Part shown: piece after piece, positions 24,476 through 36,281 of the stretch
Numbering within the stretch: the first letter of the stretch is position 1
How the letters are laid out: each line of letters opens with the position of its first letter
Origin: Basidiobolus meristosporus CBS 931.73
Lineage: Eukaryota; Fungi; Basidiobolomycota
NCBI GenBank assembly: GCA_002104905.1
Contig: MCFE01000326.1
Span: forward strand, 1 to 64,000
Length of the DNA stretch: 64,000 nucleotides
Direction of reading: 5' to 3'
Made by a program: the position numbers and the translations under genes
Notes under the pieces: generated by a model
Seen by the model: the letters and a program-made list of their open reading frames with translations, nothing else
What the model was told of the DNA's origin: nothing
Databases searched by the model: none

Positions 24476-25415
24476 TGTTGTAAGAATCTTGGAGATATTG
24501 AAAGTTATTAGTAGATCATGCAGAATATATGGTTTCTGTAAAATAATTAACTGAATGAAAAAGTAATATTTATACTTTTGCTTGGCCCTGGCATAACAAG
24601 CACTTACAATATGCCTTGGAAGGACCCAAGAACATGCACTCAAAGTTTGGGGCTGTTTGGACAACTTTGAGAATTTTTACATTCTGGATACCTGATACTC
24701 AAAGCTTCCAAATGATAATCTGTCCTGCAATTGCTGGCTCTTAATGATAATTTAGGCCAATATAGAAATTTCTTAAACTTGTAGGCCAAATGGGGAGTAT
24801 CTTGGTAAACAAATGCATCAGGCTGGTCCATATACATGTACACATTACATTCTCCATTCTGTAATGCAGTTCCTACATCCATTTGATGTATAATAAGCTT
24901 ATATTGGCTGCAATAGCAGGTACTAATCTGATGAATTTAAGCTTGGCTACCAGTGCAAAGGTCTCAGTATAGTCAAGTCCTTTTGTCTATATGTATACCT
25001 TGGTCACAGGTTTTGCTTTTTATCTTTCAATTGTACTATCTGTTATGAATTTTGCTTGAAGACCCATCTGCATCCAATTAATTTTTGCTTGATTAATAAT
25101 ACAAGCAAATCCTAAGCTTCATTTTTCCATCAGGGCCTGATATTCCACAGTTGTTGCAATCTGATGGAATCAAGGGCAGCTTGTACAGATTCTGATCTCT
25201 GATGCCTAAAGCAATATGGGCATCATTTTGAGCAGTGATCCTGCACCCATAATTGTCAAAGCTGCAACTGAGTCCTACTGCAGTGGCCTTGCTTACAAAC
25301 ATTAGGTACTTGGCTATTTCTGGTACATAGAGTACTTGTTTGAATCTAAGTGTATGGCTTCATTCTATGATTCCAAGGACTTCATTGATAGTTTCATCTC
25401 ACACTGTATCATGTG
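24476..25415 (-). mobile_element. Deleted copia A derivative (partial LTR-A 24476-~24700, RT and protease scraps)
   Basis: TGTTGTAAGAATCTTGGAG start; scraps YMDQPDAFV and VSKATAVGLSCSFDNYGC. Confidence 0.75.
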
Positions 25416-25783
25416 TGTTCCAAGTCTTGATATAAGAGTTGTTGAGGAATAGGGAGTTTAGTTTGTATTATTGTAACTAAAACCTGCTCTGATTTCTATT
25501 GAGGTCACAGCAGCCCCTTATTTACATTTTGCCAGATCAATTGCTCACTGCTTTTCTTTCCCCATGTAGGTTGTGACTGATGACTCATTTGATAGCATCA
25601 TCATCACCCAATTAGATCTCACTTGATACTTCTACTTTTGTCTGATCATTGTCTGTTGATTCATCTGCTGACTATTACCACTGATATAATAAATAATGTT
25701 GATATTCTGTTATGCTAAACATAGAACTAATTGATTTGAGTAAAACTGATCTAACTTGGACAGTCAGGTGTCGGACCCTAACG
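25416..25783 (-). mobile_element. LTR-E copy
   Basis: Reverse complement of 35760-36128, diverged; no matching TSD. Confidence 0.8.
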
Positions 25784-25789
25784 CAGGTA

Positions 25790-27545
25790 AGTAACATAAG
25801 GGCAATAGGTAATAGAGTCTCCTTCAACAGGTTGGCAGAGTGCTCCATCCTGGTTTATTTTATTGAAATTTCATTCACCTCATTTGGTATTGCTGGGTAC
25901 TTCAAGTACTTTGGTAACCAGCAAGGCCATTGCAATTGATGCACCAAGCTGAATTGTGCAAATTGTTGTATTTTGACAAGGCATCAGCAATTGTAGTGCT
26001 TTTCTCAGGGTGTTTGACAATCTCTAACTCAACTTGCCTAGTGTACCCTCTCTATCCTGCCATTTTTCTGGATAGTACCATTTCAGTAAAAATATACTTG
26101 GGTGAGGCAGGATCAGTATTCAAAGTGCATTGGGCTCCTCAAATGTGGCATCTCTATGTCTTTAACAAGTGTAATACAACATACATCTCCATATCATGGA
26201 CTGGGTAGTTGTCTTCTGCGCATTTAGCTTCTTGGATTCCAAAGTCACTGAGTATTTCCTTCCTTTATGTTCTTGACTCAGTACTCCACCTGTTGCATAA
26301 CCAGAAGAATTTGTGCAGAGAGTAAACTCCTTACTAAAGTTGGGTATTTTGAAGCCTAGCAGCTTAGCAAGCTCATTTTTTAGTGTCTAAATGGCAAACT
26401 TACAAGTAATGTCCAGCTTTAAGGTGTTATCTTTCTTGAGGATATGAGTCAATGGGGCTACTATATATGTAAAGGACCTGATATATCTCCAATAATAGGA
26501 TGCCATTCCAAGGAGTGATTGGAACTCTGATATAGTATGGGGCTGCTTCATACTCTAAAGAATTTCTACTATATTAGGGTCAAAGATCACACATGTACTA
26601 GTCACTATGTGTGTCAGGTATTTAACATACTCCTTGAAGAACTTGCACTCTGCTAACTTGTCATATAGCTTGACCTCTCTTTGCTCCCTTCAGACTTGTC
26701 CAATGTTCACCAAGTAGCCCTCTCCAGCATTGCTTCTTATCAGTATGTCATCTAGGTAGATTACCACAAACTGACTGAGTACACCTGAAAGACAGTTTGT
26801 ATCAAGGTCACAGATGTTGCAGGGACGTTAGCAAGGCTAAGACTCATTATGTTGTACTTGTAATGTCATTATCTGATCTGAAATGCTCCCTTAGGACTAT
26901 CTTCAGGCTTTACCCTGGTGTAGTTGTATCCAAACATGAGGTCAATCTTGCTGACTCTGGGGCTTACATTAAGCTTGTCAAAACCTCATCAATGCAAGGT
27001 CTGGGGTGTCTGTTATTTCTGGCAACTGAATTCAGCGCTTGGTAGCTAGTATATAGCCTTAGTGCTCAATCCTTCTTCTTCACACAGCACACTTGTGTCC
27101 CCCATGATTAGTTGCTGGGTCTAATGCCTCCTTACTCTTTAACTCTTCCAACTGCAGTGGACTCATTCTGTAAGGTGTCTTGCTTACAGAAAGACAATCC
27201 CCTTTGTCAATGCCATGGTTGACATCTTGGACTGATAGATTGCTCAAAATTTCATCCAGAAGCATGACTGCATGTACCTTCAAAAGGTTTGGACTCTCTG
27301 GAGAACTAGGGTTGAGGAGTATCCTGTACAATATCTCCAAAAAGCATTGGTGTACCTATTATAAGTGCTCTGCAAAGCTGTATCCTGCTAAATTCACTTG
27401 TCTCATGCACACTGGAGCTAACCAGTTGAAATCCAGCCTGGCAAGTAATAGTTGTAAGTCTGGTTGTGTTTTTTGCTCTGAGTGGCATGGCTTCTCTAGT
27501 AGGTAGACAGCTTGCTGCCAATTGGCCTTGTTTTTCTGAGTAGCA
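25790..27545 (-). pseudogene. Gypsy family E protease-end/RT/RNase H fragment
   Basis: VSKTPYRMSPLQLEELK, YLDDIL (rc ~26745-26762), AFESKKL; homologous to 33000-34450. Confidence 0.85.
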
Positions 27546-27548
27546 TGC

Positions 27549-28587
27549 TGTAATGTGGTCACAGCAACACCCACTGACAGATGTGCTCAATCCCATATTT
27601 TCTACTTCGCTATTTTTCTACATCCCATACAATAGTTTTGTCCCATTTGTCCTATTTGATCAGTACCATCCCATAAGCTGGCTGACTATAACACCTGCTT
27701 TCCTTATGGCATATGTCATTCCTCACTATACACAATGTTACTTGCAGCAAGTATTTCTATATAGGGCAATTACCCATGCCAGTACCTATGACACATGACC
27801 AATCTGGATCACTTTCCCTACTAATTCATACCAAATATGGTATCCATATGTTACACAGGTTTCCAAGTACTAATTCCTGATTGGTAGGATGGGTTATGCC
27901 TCTTAGAACCTTCTGGCACATACTTGGAACATTCTTAGGTCATTCTTATGTCATAAAGACTTCTATTGATATCTGGAACATTCTGGAACACCATAATTAG
28001 TAATCACTGAGCCAGTGAGAAAGGTACAGAAGGGGGGCAAACCTTCAACAATAAATCATCATCCCTTTTATCAATATACCAACTTGCTGATTGGTGTGAT
28101 CACTTTTTCCTGCTGCTACCGGAACTTCCAAGCCCAGACCACAGGACACTCCCAGGATACTGCGCTGACAGCCAACCAACCTTGGAGGCACCACTTGTTG
28201 GAAATACTCAGAGTAGGTATCTTTTAATAGACTTGTTCCATCATTCCAGCTGATCATAGTGCCCAATAGTGCCATAGCATGCCAGATGGTGCTGGATCAT
28301 GCCACAGAGTGCCAGATGGTGCCATAGAGTGCCAATTTGGGATCAAAATTGACATGCATATGACCTTAAAATATTAAGTTAATAACAAAATATACAGCAC
28401 TTTCTGGCACTATGATCAATGATACAATGGAACAAGTCTATTATATATGATTCTTTTGCAAGTTTGTTCTTGTACAGGCAAAGATACTTTTCTGTTGTTG
28501 TAACTATTGATCACAGCTGCATCCTTATCAAGTCCCGGATGGTGGAGTTTACAAGTGTTCTGACTTAGGAAGCTTTAATATATTATG
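27549..28587 (+). mobile_element. Truncated LTR-C containing a MITE
   Basis: Matches the 5' ~830 bp of 21487-22565; ends at LTR-D. Confidence 0.85.
28229..28439 (+). mobile_element. 211-bp MITE
   Basis: TIR AGACTTGTTCCAT/ATGGAACAAGTCT; flanks AAT/ATT; empty site TTTTATTATAT in the other LTR-C copies. Confidence 0.92.
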
Positions 28588-31500
28588 TATTGAAATATTG
28601 GATTATTTAGTATCATTCAGCAGCTAAAAATTTACTTAACAATTCTGGACTAGTCTTGGTCTCTGTGGGACTAATTTACAGCTCTGACTTTGTCACTTCC
28701 TTTGGAGCTATGATCTTATGATTATTCCCCAATGGTCAGGACCAAATTAGCACCATTACTAAGCATTATGTACTAACCCTGAAACTGTTACAGAATGCTC
28801 CTGAATAATGAGAAACCCTCCATACTTGATGTTACAGCTCTATTACTTCCACAAAGGTATAAATATTGAGCTTCTTTATTAATAAGCAACAGTTCAACTA
28901 TTATCACTATTTCTTGTAAGTTCCCTATATCCAAATCACTTCTTAGATTGCAACAGGTCATGAGCCCTGATTGCCTTAATCTATTCTAAAGATGACTTCT
29001 ACCAGCAAACAGAACAACACAAACATCCTCCCTATAAAGGAGAGGTTTGATGGGAAGAACTACAGACTTTAGAGAATCAAGATGCAGATCCACCTTGAAG
29101 AAAGGAAGCTTTGGAATATGGTAACAGGAAAAGAAGTTGAGTCCAAAGGTACAGCCTAAGAAGTGGAAAAGTCTCAAGAGAAGGAGGGAAAGACCGTTAA
29201 TGCCATATGTATCAATGTGCAAGATATCTTCATTGGACAAATCCATGCCTCAAACACTGCCAAAGCAGCAAGGGAATCCTTAGAGAAGATATTTAAAGCA
29301 AGGACAGTATCAAGCAAGCTGTATTTAAATGAAAAGTTCTTTAACATGAGGAAGAAGCCAAATGATGACATGCTACAACTCATTACCAGAATGGAGACAC
29401 TTGAGGAAGAACTTTACAGTTTTAATGCTGGTGTAGATGATGCAGAAAAGATATTCTCTCTGCTTTCAGCCAACCAGACAAGTATGAGCCACTCATACTT
29501 TCTTTTCAAAGCAGAAAAGACAATTTGACTTTGGACTATGTCAAAGGAAGATTTCTCCATGAAAAACTCAGATGTATTGATCAAACAAAGAAAATTGAAG
29601 ATAATGCATTTATTCAGCTCAGAAAGGCATTCAGAAAGAAGAGAAAGCAACAAAATCAATGAAAACCAGGTTGCTGTAACTACTGTAAAAAGCCAGGACA
29701 CTGGGCAAGAGAATGCAAGAAGAAACAAGCAGACATAAAACCAAAACTAGAGCAGGCAAACCATATAACTACTGTTGAACAGTTATTTATAACCATACAA
29801 GAGAGTGCAAGTAACCAAAGTAAGGAATGGTATATTCACTCCAGAGCATCGCACCATATTTGTAATATAAAGGAGTTGTTCAGCAACTTCAAGACAATTC
29901 CCGTAAAAAAGGTTTATTTGGGAGATAACTCTGCTCCGGAAGCTACTGCCAGTGGGTCTATACAACTAAATATGAGCAATAGCTCAGGGGAAACAACAGC
30001 AAGACTGACTGACATACTCTATGTACCTGGAATAGCTAAGAACCTACTCTCAGTCAGTAAAGCAACTGCTCAGTGCCTGAATTTTGTTTTTACTAAGATG
30101 AGCTGCTCAACATTGAGTGAAAATGGACAAAAATCAGCTTTGGGAATCAGAGATCACATTATACACAAGTTGCAATGCAAGATCATTGTACCTGTGTATG
30201 TCAACATTGCTGAAATTGATGAAACCCTCTAGGAGACGTGGCACAGGAGGCTAGGACACATTGGGGAACAAAGAATGAGCCAATTGGTGAATAATCAGCT
30301 TGTTTTGGGCCTACAATACTCAATTCTGATCAAATTGAATGTTTGTAAGGGATGTTCATATGGCAAACATGCTAGGCAACATTTTAAGAGCTCAGTAGGC
30401 ATCAATACCACCAAAATGCTTGCTATTGTGCACTCAGACATATGTGGCCCTATGAGAACACTGTTCTTTAGAGCCAAGAGATACTCCATGACGTTTACTG
30501 ATGACAAAACAAGATACACATGGGTGCACTTCCTCAAAGTAAAGGATAAAGCTTTAGATATGTGTAAGCACTTCAAAAATGGCAGAAACACAAATAGGGT
30601 GTAAATTGAAGGTACTACAAAGTGAAGATGGAGGAGAGCACTGTTCAAAGGAGTTTGCAAAATACTGCTCATCTACTGGTATACTTCAACAAACCACAGT
30701 TCCTCATACTCCACAGCAAAATGGAGTAGGCAAATGTGCAAATAGAACAATAGTAGAGATGGGAAGATCTATGCTACATTATAAGGGAATGGACTTCAAG
30801 TTTTGGGCTCCATCTGTTGCTACCATGGTATACATCAAGCATACATGCCCAACAGCAGCATTACATGATTCTACACCCTTTGACACATATACAGGCAAAA
30901 AACCAGATATGCAGCATCTCAAGATCTTTGGCAGTGCTGTTTTTTATCACATCCCTGACAAAAAATGCTTAAAGTTGGAACCAAAGGGTAGGAAAGGGAT
31001 CTTTCTGGGGTATTGTGAGGATATTAAAGGGTGTAGAGTGTATGATAACAAAATTCAGAAGCTGATCAAGAGCAGGGACATTGCATCTGAGGAGAATTCA
31101 GATCACAAAGCCACTGAAATCATTGGCCAGCTACCTGATGATGCAATCAACACTAATGAAGAAGATACTTACCTAATTCAGCCAGATACGGATGATAATT
31201 CTACCAGTTCCAGATCAGAGCAGATTATTTCAGTTAGGAGATCTACCACAAAAAGAAATGCCCTTGGATCCTGGTGGCAGATATCCAATGATCATGAAGA
31301 TGCTTGTCTTGCCTTATGTACCAAGCCTCAGAATCTGGAAGAGGCAATGCAAAGTTCAGATGCTACTTTGTGGCAACAAGCCATGCAGGAGGAGTACCAA
31401 TCACTGATCAAGTGAAAAACATGTGAACTGGTGGATTTAGCAAATGGGAGAGAGCCACTAGGATATAGATGGGTGTACAAGATCAAGATAACCTCAAATG

Positions 31501-31757
31501 GTGCCATTGATAAGTACAAGGCTAGATTGGTGGCTAAAGGCTATTCCAAGATCTAGGGGTTAGACTTTGAGGAAACATTTGCTCTGGTTGCCAAGTTTAA
31601 CTCCATTAGGACAGTTCTAGCCCTGACAGCTGTGCACAATCTAGATCTACACCAAATGGATGTCAAAACAGCCTTTCTAAATGGGGATTTGCAAGAAACT
31701 ATATATACAGAGCAACCTGAAAGTTTTACCAATCCAAAAGGCCCCCATAAGGTGTGC
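28588..31757 (+). mobile_element. Copia family B copy 1 (LTR-D 28588-28955, PBS 28956-28969, gag-PR-IN-partial RT)
   Basis: PBS GGTCATGAGCCCTG; gag FDGKNYRL; integrase HSDICGPM..FTDDKTR; RT ends at NPKGPHKVC. Confidence 0.92.
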
Positions 31758-34700
31758 TGTTATGATCTGCTGCTTGAATGTTTAAGTTAGATCAATTTTT
31801 AGTCAGATCAATTAGTTAAATGTTTAGGTTATAAGTATATCAGTATTATCTGTCAATTGGTAGCATTGGTCAGCAAATGAATCAGCATATCCTTATCAGA
31901 CAGAAACAGATATATTAGGTTGGATCTTATTGGGTGATGATGATGCATTCAAATGAGTCATCAGCCACAGCCTACATTAGGAAATACAATTAGTGAGCAA
32001 TTGATCTGGCAAAATGTATATAAGGAGCTGCTGGAATCTCAATAATGATCAGTTCAAGTTTTAGTGAATACAATACTAGCTAAACTCCCTATTCCTCTAC
32101 AACTCTTATACCAATACTTATAACATTGGTAGAAGCAATAACCAGAAACATCTCTCATGAAGAAAGAAGTAGCCTCTCTCAAGTTGTCCAAAAATCAAAA
32201 ATGCAACAATGCTATGCAACAAATCCTGACCCAGCAGCAACAAGGAAGGACTACCATTGCCCAAAGCCAGCAAAACCCTGTTAAGAACTACTTTAGTGTC
32301 AAGGTCAACTGGTACCATGGTAGAGTCAATGAAAACCTGCAAATTGGTGCTTCCATATTGAAGAAGCTTTCAAGGCTAAGGGAGTTGCTCTAGAGAACAA
32401 GTTACATTATGCAGCCTTTTACCTGGCAGATACAGCTTTACAGTGGTACCACAACAGTATCAGGTCAGCCACAATGATGGGATGCTCTACAATATCTACC
32501 TGGGATGAGTTTGTGTTGGACTCAGAGAAGAAATGGACACCAGCCATTCAGTACCTTTAACCATATTGAGGCCCTGGAGCATAGTCACATGGAGGATGAG
32601 CTTGAAGAAGACTCAGAACTCACCTTCCATATTATAGAAGACTACCTATTCCAGATAACCTCAAACTCAGGAAAGCTATTATACTTGAATGGAGTAATCA
32701 ATGGAGTGCCTGCCAAGATCATCATTGACTCTGAAGCAATGCATGAGTACATGTCAGAGCAATTTGCTTTGAAAGCTAGAATCAACTTGGAACCCACCAA
32801 ATCAACTTCAATCTCAACAGCTGATGTGAACTCTCACATAATCAACCGTATTACTCAGCTAGTTAGGATGAAGATCAATGACTATGATGAAGATCTAAAG
32901 GCCTATATATTTGGGAAACCCAAGTTTAACCTTGTTCTTGGGAAAACCTGGCTATTTTGTTGTAATGAATCATTCAACTGGAGAACCCATGATACTCAGA
33001 TCCAGAAGGACAACAAGACCTATGAGCTATTACCTGCCAGACTGGATTTTAACTTGGACAATTCCAGCATGTGTGAAACAAGTGAACTTAGCAAGACACA
33101 GTTCTGTTGCGCACTAAGAAAAGGCACCTAGATGTTCCTCATAGCAGTATTACAGTAGGATTCCACTAGTCCAGTACCCCACAAGGTCCAGACTCTTTTA
33201 AAGGAATATTCAGACGTATTTCTGATACGCTTGTAAGCCTACCACTAGTTAGAGACCAGCATAATGCCATTAAAACAGGAGATAGTCTTCCAGTGAGTAA
33301 GACACCTTGCAGAATGAGTCCTTTGGAGTTGGAAGAGATGAAGAGACAAATAGATCAGTTACTGGACCAAGGATATATCAGACCAAGCAAGTCACCTTGG
33401 GGAGCACCAGTACTTTTGGTGAAGCACAGGATTTGAACATTTGGGATGTGCATTGACCACAGAGCCCTCAACTCAGTTACCATGAGGAATGAGTACCCAT
33501 ACCTTGGATTGATGAACTTTTGAATCAACTCAATTGAGCCACTATATTCAGCAAGATTGACCTCATGTCAGGATACAACCAGCTTAGGGTGAAGCCAGAA
33601 GACATTCCTAAGACAGTATTCAGGACTAGATATGGACATACAAGTGCTTAGTCATGACTTTCAACCTCACCAATGCGCCTACAACATTCATAACCCTGAC
33701 GCTGACTGTCTTCCAGGAGTACTTAGACAAGTTTGTGATAATCTACCTAGATGATATATTGATATACAGCAAGACAGAAGAGGATCACTTGGTGCACATT
33801 GAAAAGGTCTTGAAGAAGCTAAGAGAGAACAAGCTTTATGGCAAGCTACCCAAGTGTAAATTCTTCAAGGAACACACTGAACATCTGGGACACATAGTGA
33901 CTAGCACAGGAGTAACCTTAGACCCTAACAAGGTTGAGGTTATCAAGGATCTCAAGCAGCCCCATAGCATAGCAGAGCTCAGATCATTCCCTGGATTGGT
34001 TTCCTATTATTGTAGATTTGTCAAGTCCTTTGCAAGTATTGCAGCCAGTTCAACCGGTATCCTCAAGAAAGACAATACCTAAAAGTGGGACATAGCTTAC
34101 AAGACTGCCCTCCAGATGCTCAAGAATGAGCTTGCTAAGCTGCCAACCTCAAGAATAACTGACTTCAGAAAAGAGCTTACTCTGTGCACAGATGCTTCAG
34201 AGTATGCAATTGGTGGAGTGTTTAGCTAAGAACACAAAGAAAAGAACTACCCAGTTGCCTTTGAATCCAAGAATCTGAACTCAGCTGAACAAAACTATCC
34301 AGTGCATGAGAAGGAGTTGCTTGCTATAATACACTGCTGGAAGACATGGAGATGCTATATTGAAGGAGTCAAATGTACTGTGAGGACTCATCATGCCTCC
34401 CTCAAGTATATACTTACTTGGAAGGTACTCTCTAGAAGAATGATAAGATGGAGTGAGTACATTCAGCAATTTGATCTGGAGATTATCTACTGCCCTGGAA
34501 AAAAAAACATGGTTGCTGATGCCTTATCAGGATTGGAACAAGTTGCATAACTCAACTTGGTCCATGAATCAGATTGGCCTAGCCTATTACCAAAGTACTT
34601 GGAGGACTAAGCCATTCCCAATGAGGTGGATGAAGATATCAAGAAGATAATCTGGGATGAAGCCAGCAAATTTGAGTACAGGATGAAACACACTACTAAA

Positions 34701-36128
34701 TTATTGATGGAAGCCCTATTACCTGTTGCCCTAATGCCCTTATGTAGAATGAAACATGACATGAGAAGCTAGTGAAAACATGCCCAAATTGCCAAATCAA
34801 CCAAGACCAACCACAGAAAATTGCTGAACTCTTTCCCTTGGAGCCTGTAAGACCATTTGAAATATGGGGAATTGACTTTATTTGGAAGACTGCCAATCAC
34901 CAGGAAATGCAATCATTGGAGCATTGTAGCAAATGACCATGCCACTAAATGGCCGGTGACTAAAGCTGTGCCTATAGCCAGTGAACAAGAAGTTGCAAGT
35001 TTCATCTATCATGAGATCCTTATGAAATTTGGATGCCCTGTAGAGATTCTATATGATAGAGGTGCAAACTTTATGGCAAAGACATTGAGAGCTTACCTGG
35101 AAATGCAGCATATCAAACACTTGAAAACCTTGGCATGTCACCCCAGAACTAATAGAGTGACTGAATGGCTTAATGGATTATTTGGAAAAATGCTCTCCAA
35201 GTATGCAAATGGAGTTGTCAATAAATAGGATGAGTATAAAGACCAAGCACACTTTGCATGCAGAGTCATAGTACACAACACCACCTAGCAATTGCCATTT
35301 TGCTTAGTGTAAGGATGTGAACCAAGGATTCCAGGAGATCTCATACAACCAAAGCTTACCAACACCTTAGAAGATGAACTCAGTCAGCCAAGTAGACACC
35401 AGCAACTGGAACAAAGTTGTCAAGAGGCACAGAACAAAGTATCTCAAAGCACAGAAAAGATGAGGTAGAGATTTGATAAGACTATAGCACCAGAAGCATT
35501 GACAGTTGGGAACTTTTTTTGCTAAGAAACCACACTTGGAAGAAGTTTAAGCCACAATGGACAATTCCATTCAAGATCATCAGAAAATGTCCATTTGCAG
35601 CTTACCAACTAGTGGACAAACAAGGCAATATCCAGGAAGACTTGGTGCATAGGGACAGACTCAAGCTTGCAAGACTTGCTGATAATACTGAGCCATCAAG
35701 ATATTGGTATCACAAGAAAAGAGATTTGGGAGAACCCTCTCAACTTTAGTAGGGGAGAATATTATGATCTGCCGCTTGAATGTTCAAATTAGATCAGTTT
35801 TTAGTCAGATCAATTAGTTACATGTTTAGCTTATCAGTTGATCAGTATTATCTATCAAGTCAGTAGAATTAGTCAGCAAATGAACCGGCAGATTCTTATC
35901 AGACAGAAATAAGTATATTAAGTAGAATCTTATTGGGTGATGATGATGCAGCCAAATGAGTCATCCACCACAGCCTACATTAGGAAATACAATTAGTCAG
36001 CAATTAATCTGGTAAAATATATATAAGGAGCTGCTGGAACCTCAATAAAGCTGAGTTCAAGATTTGGTGAATATAATATTACCTAAACTCACTACTCCTC
36101 TACAACTCTTATACCAGGACTTGTAACA
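31758..36128 (+). mobile_element. Ty3/gypsy family E, two LTRs (31758-32125, 35760-36128), gag internally deleted
   Basis: PR IIIDSEA, RT YLDDILIYS, RNase H CTDAS, integrase EIWGIDF; PPT AGTAGGGGAGAA; possible PBS TGGTAGAAGC; flanks do not match. Confidence 0.92.
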
Positions 36129-36281
36129 CAGTAGTAATGCTGGTATAAATGATGAAGAAAAGATACTCTGTCTGCTTTGCAGCTTATCAGACAAGTATGA
36201 GCCACTCATACTTTCTTTTGAAAGCAGTGAAGACAATTAGACTTTAGGCTATGTCAAAGAAAGACTTCTCCATGAAGAACC
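36129..36281 (+). pseudogene. Copia B gag scrap
   Basis: NAGINDEEKILCLLCSLSDKYEPL matches ~29430-29550 and ~37090-37220. Confidence 0.75.

Noticed and set aside
35500-35760. Chromodomain at the end of the gypsy E integrase
   Set aside because: The frame ends shortly after the GPF/Y-like region, at the PPT; no chromodomain motif is visible.
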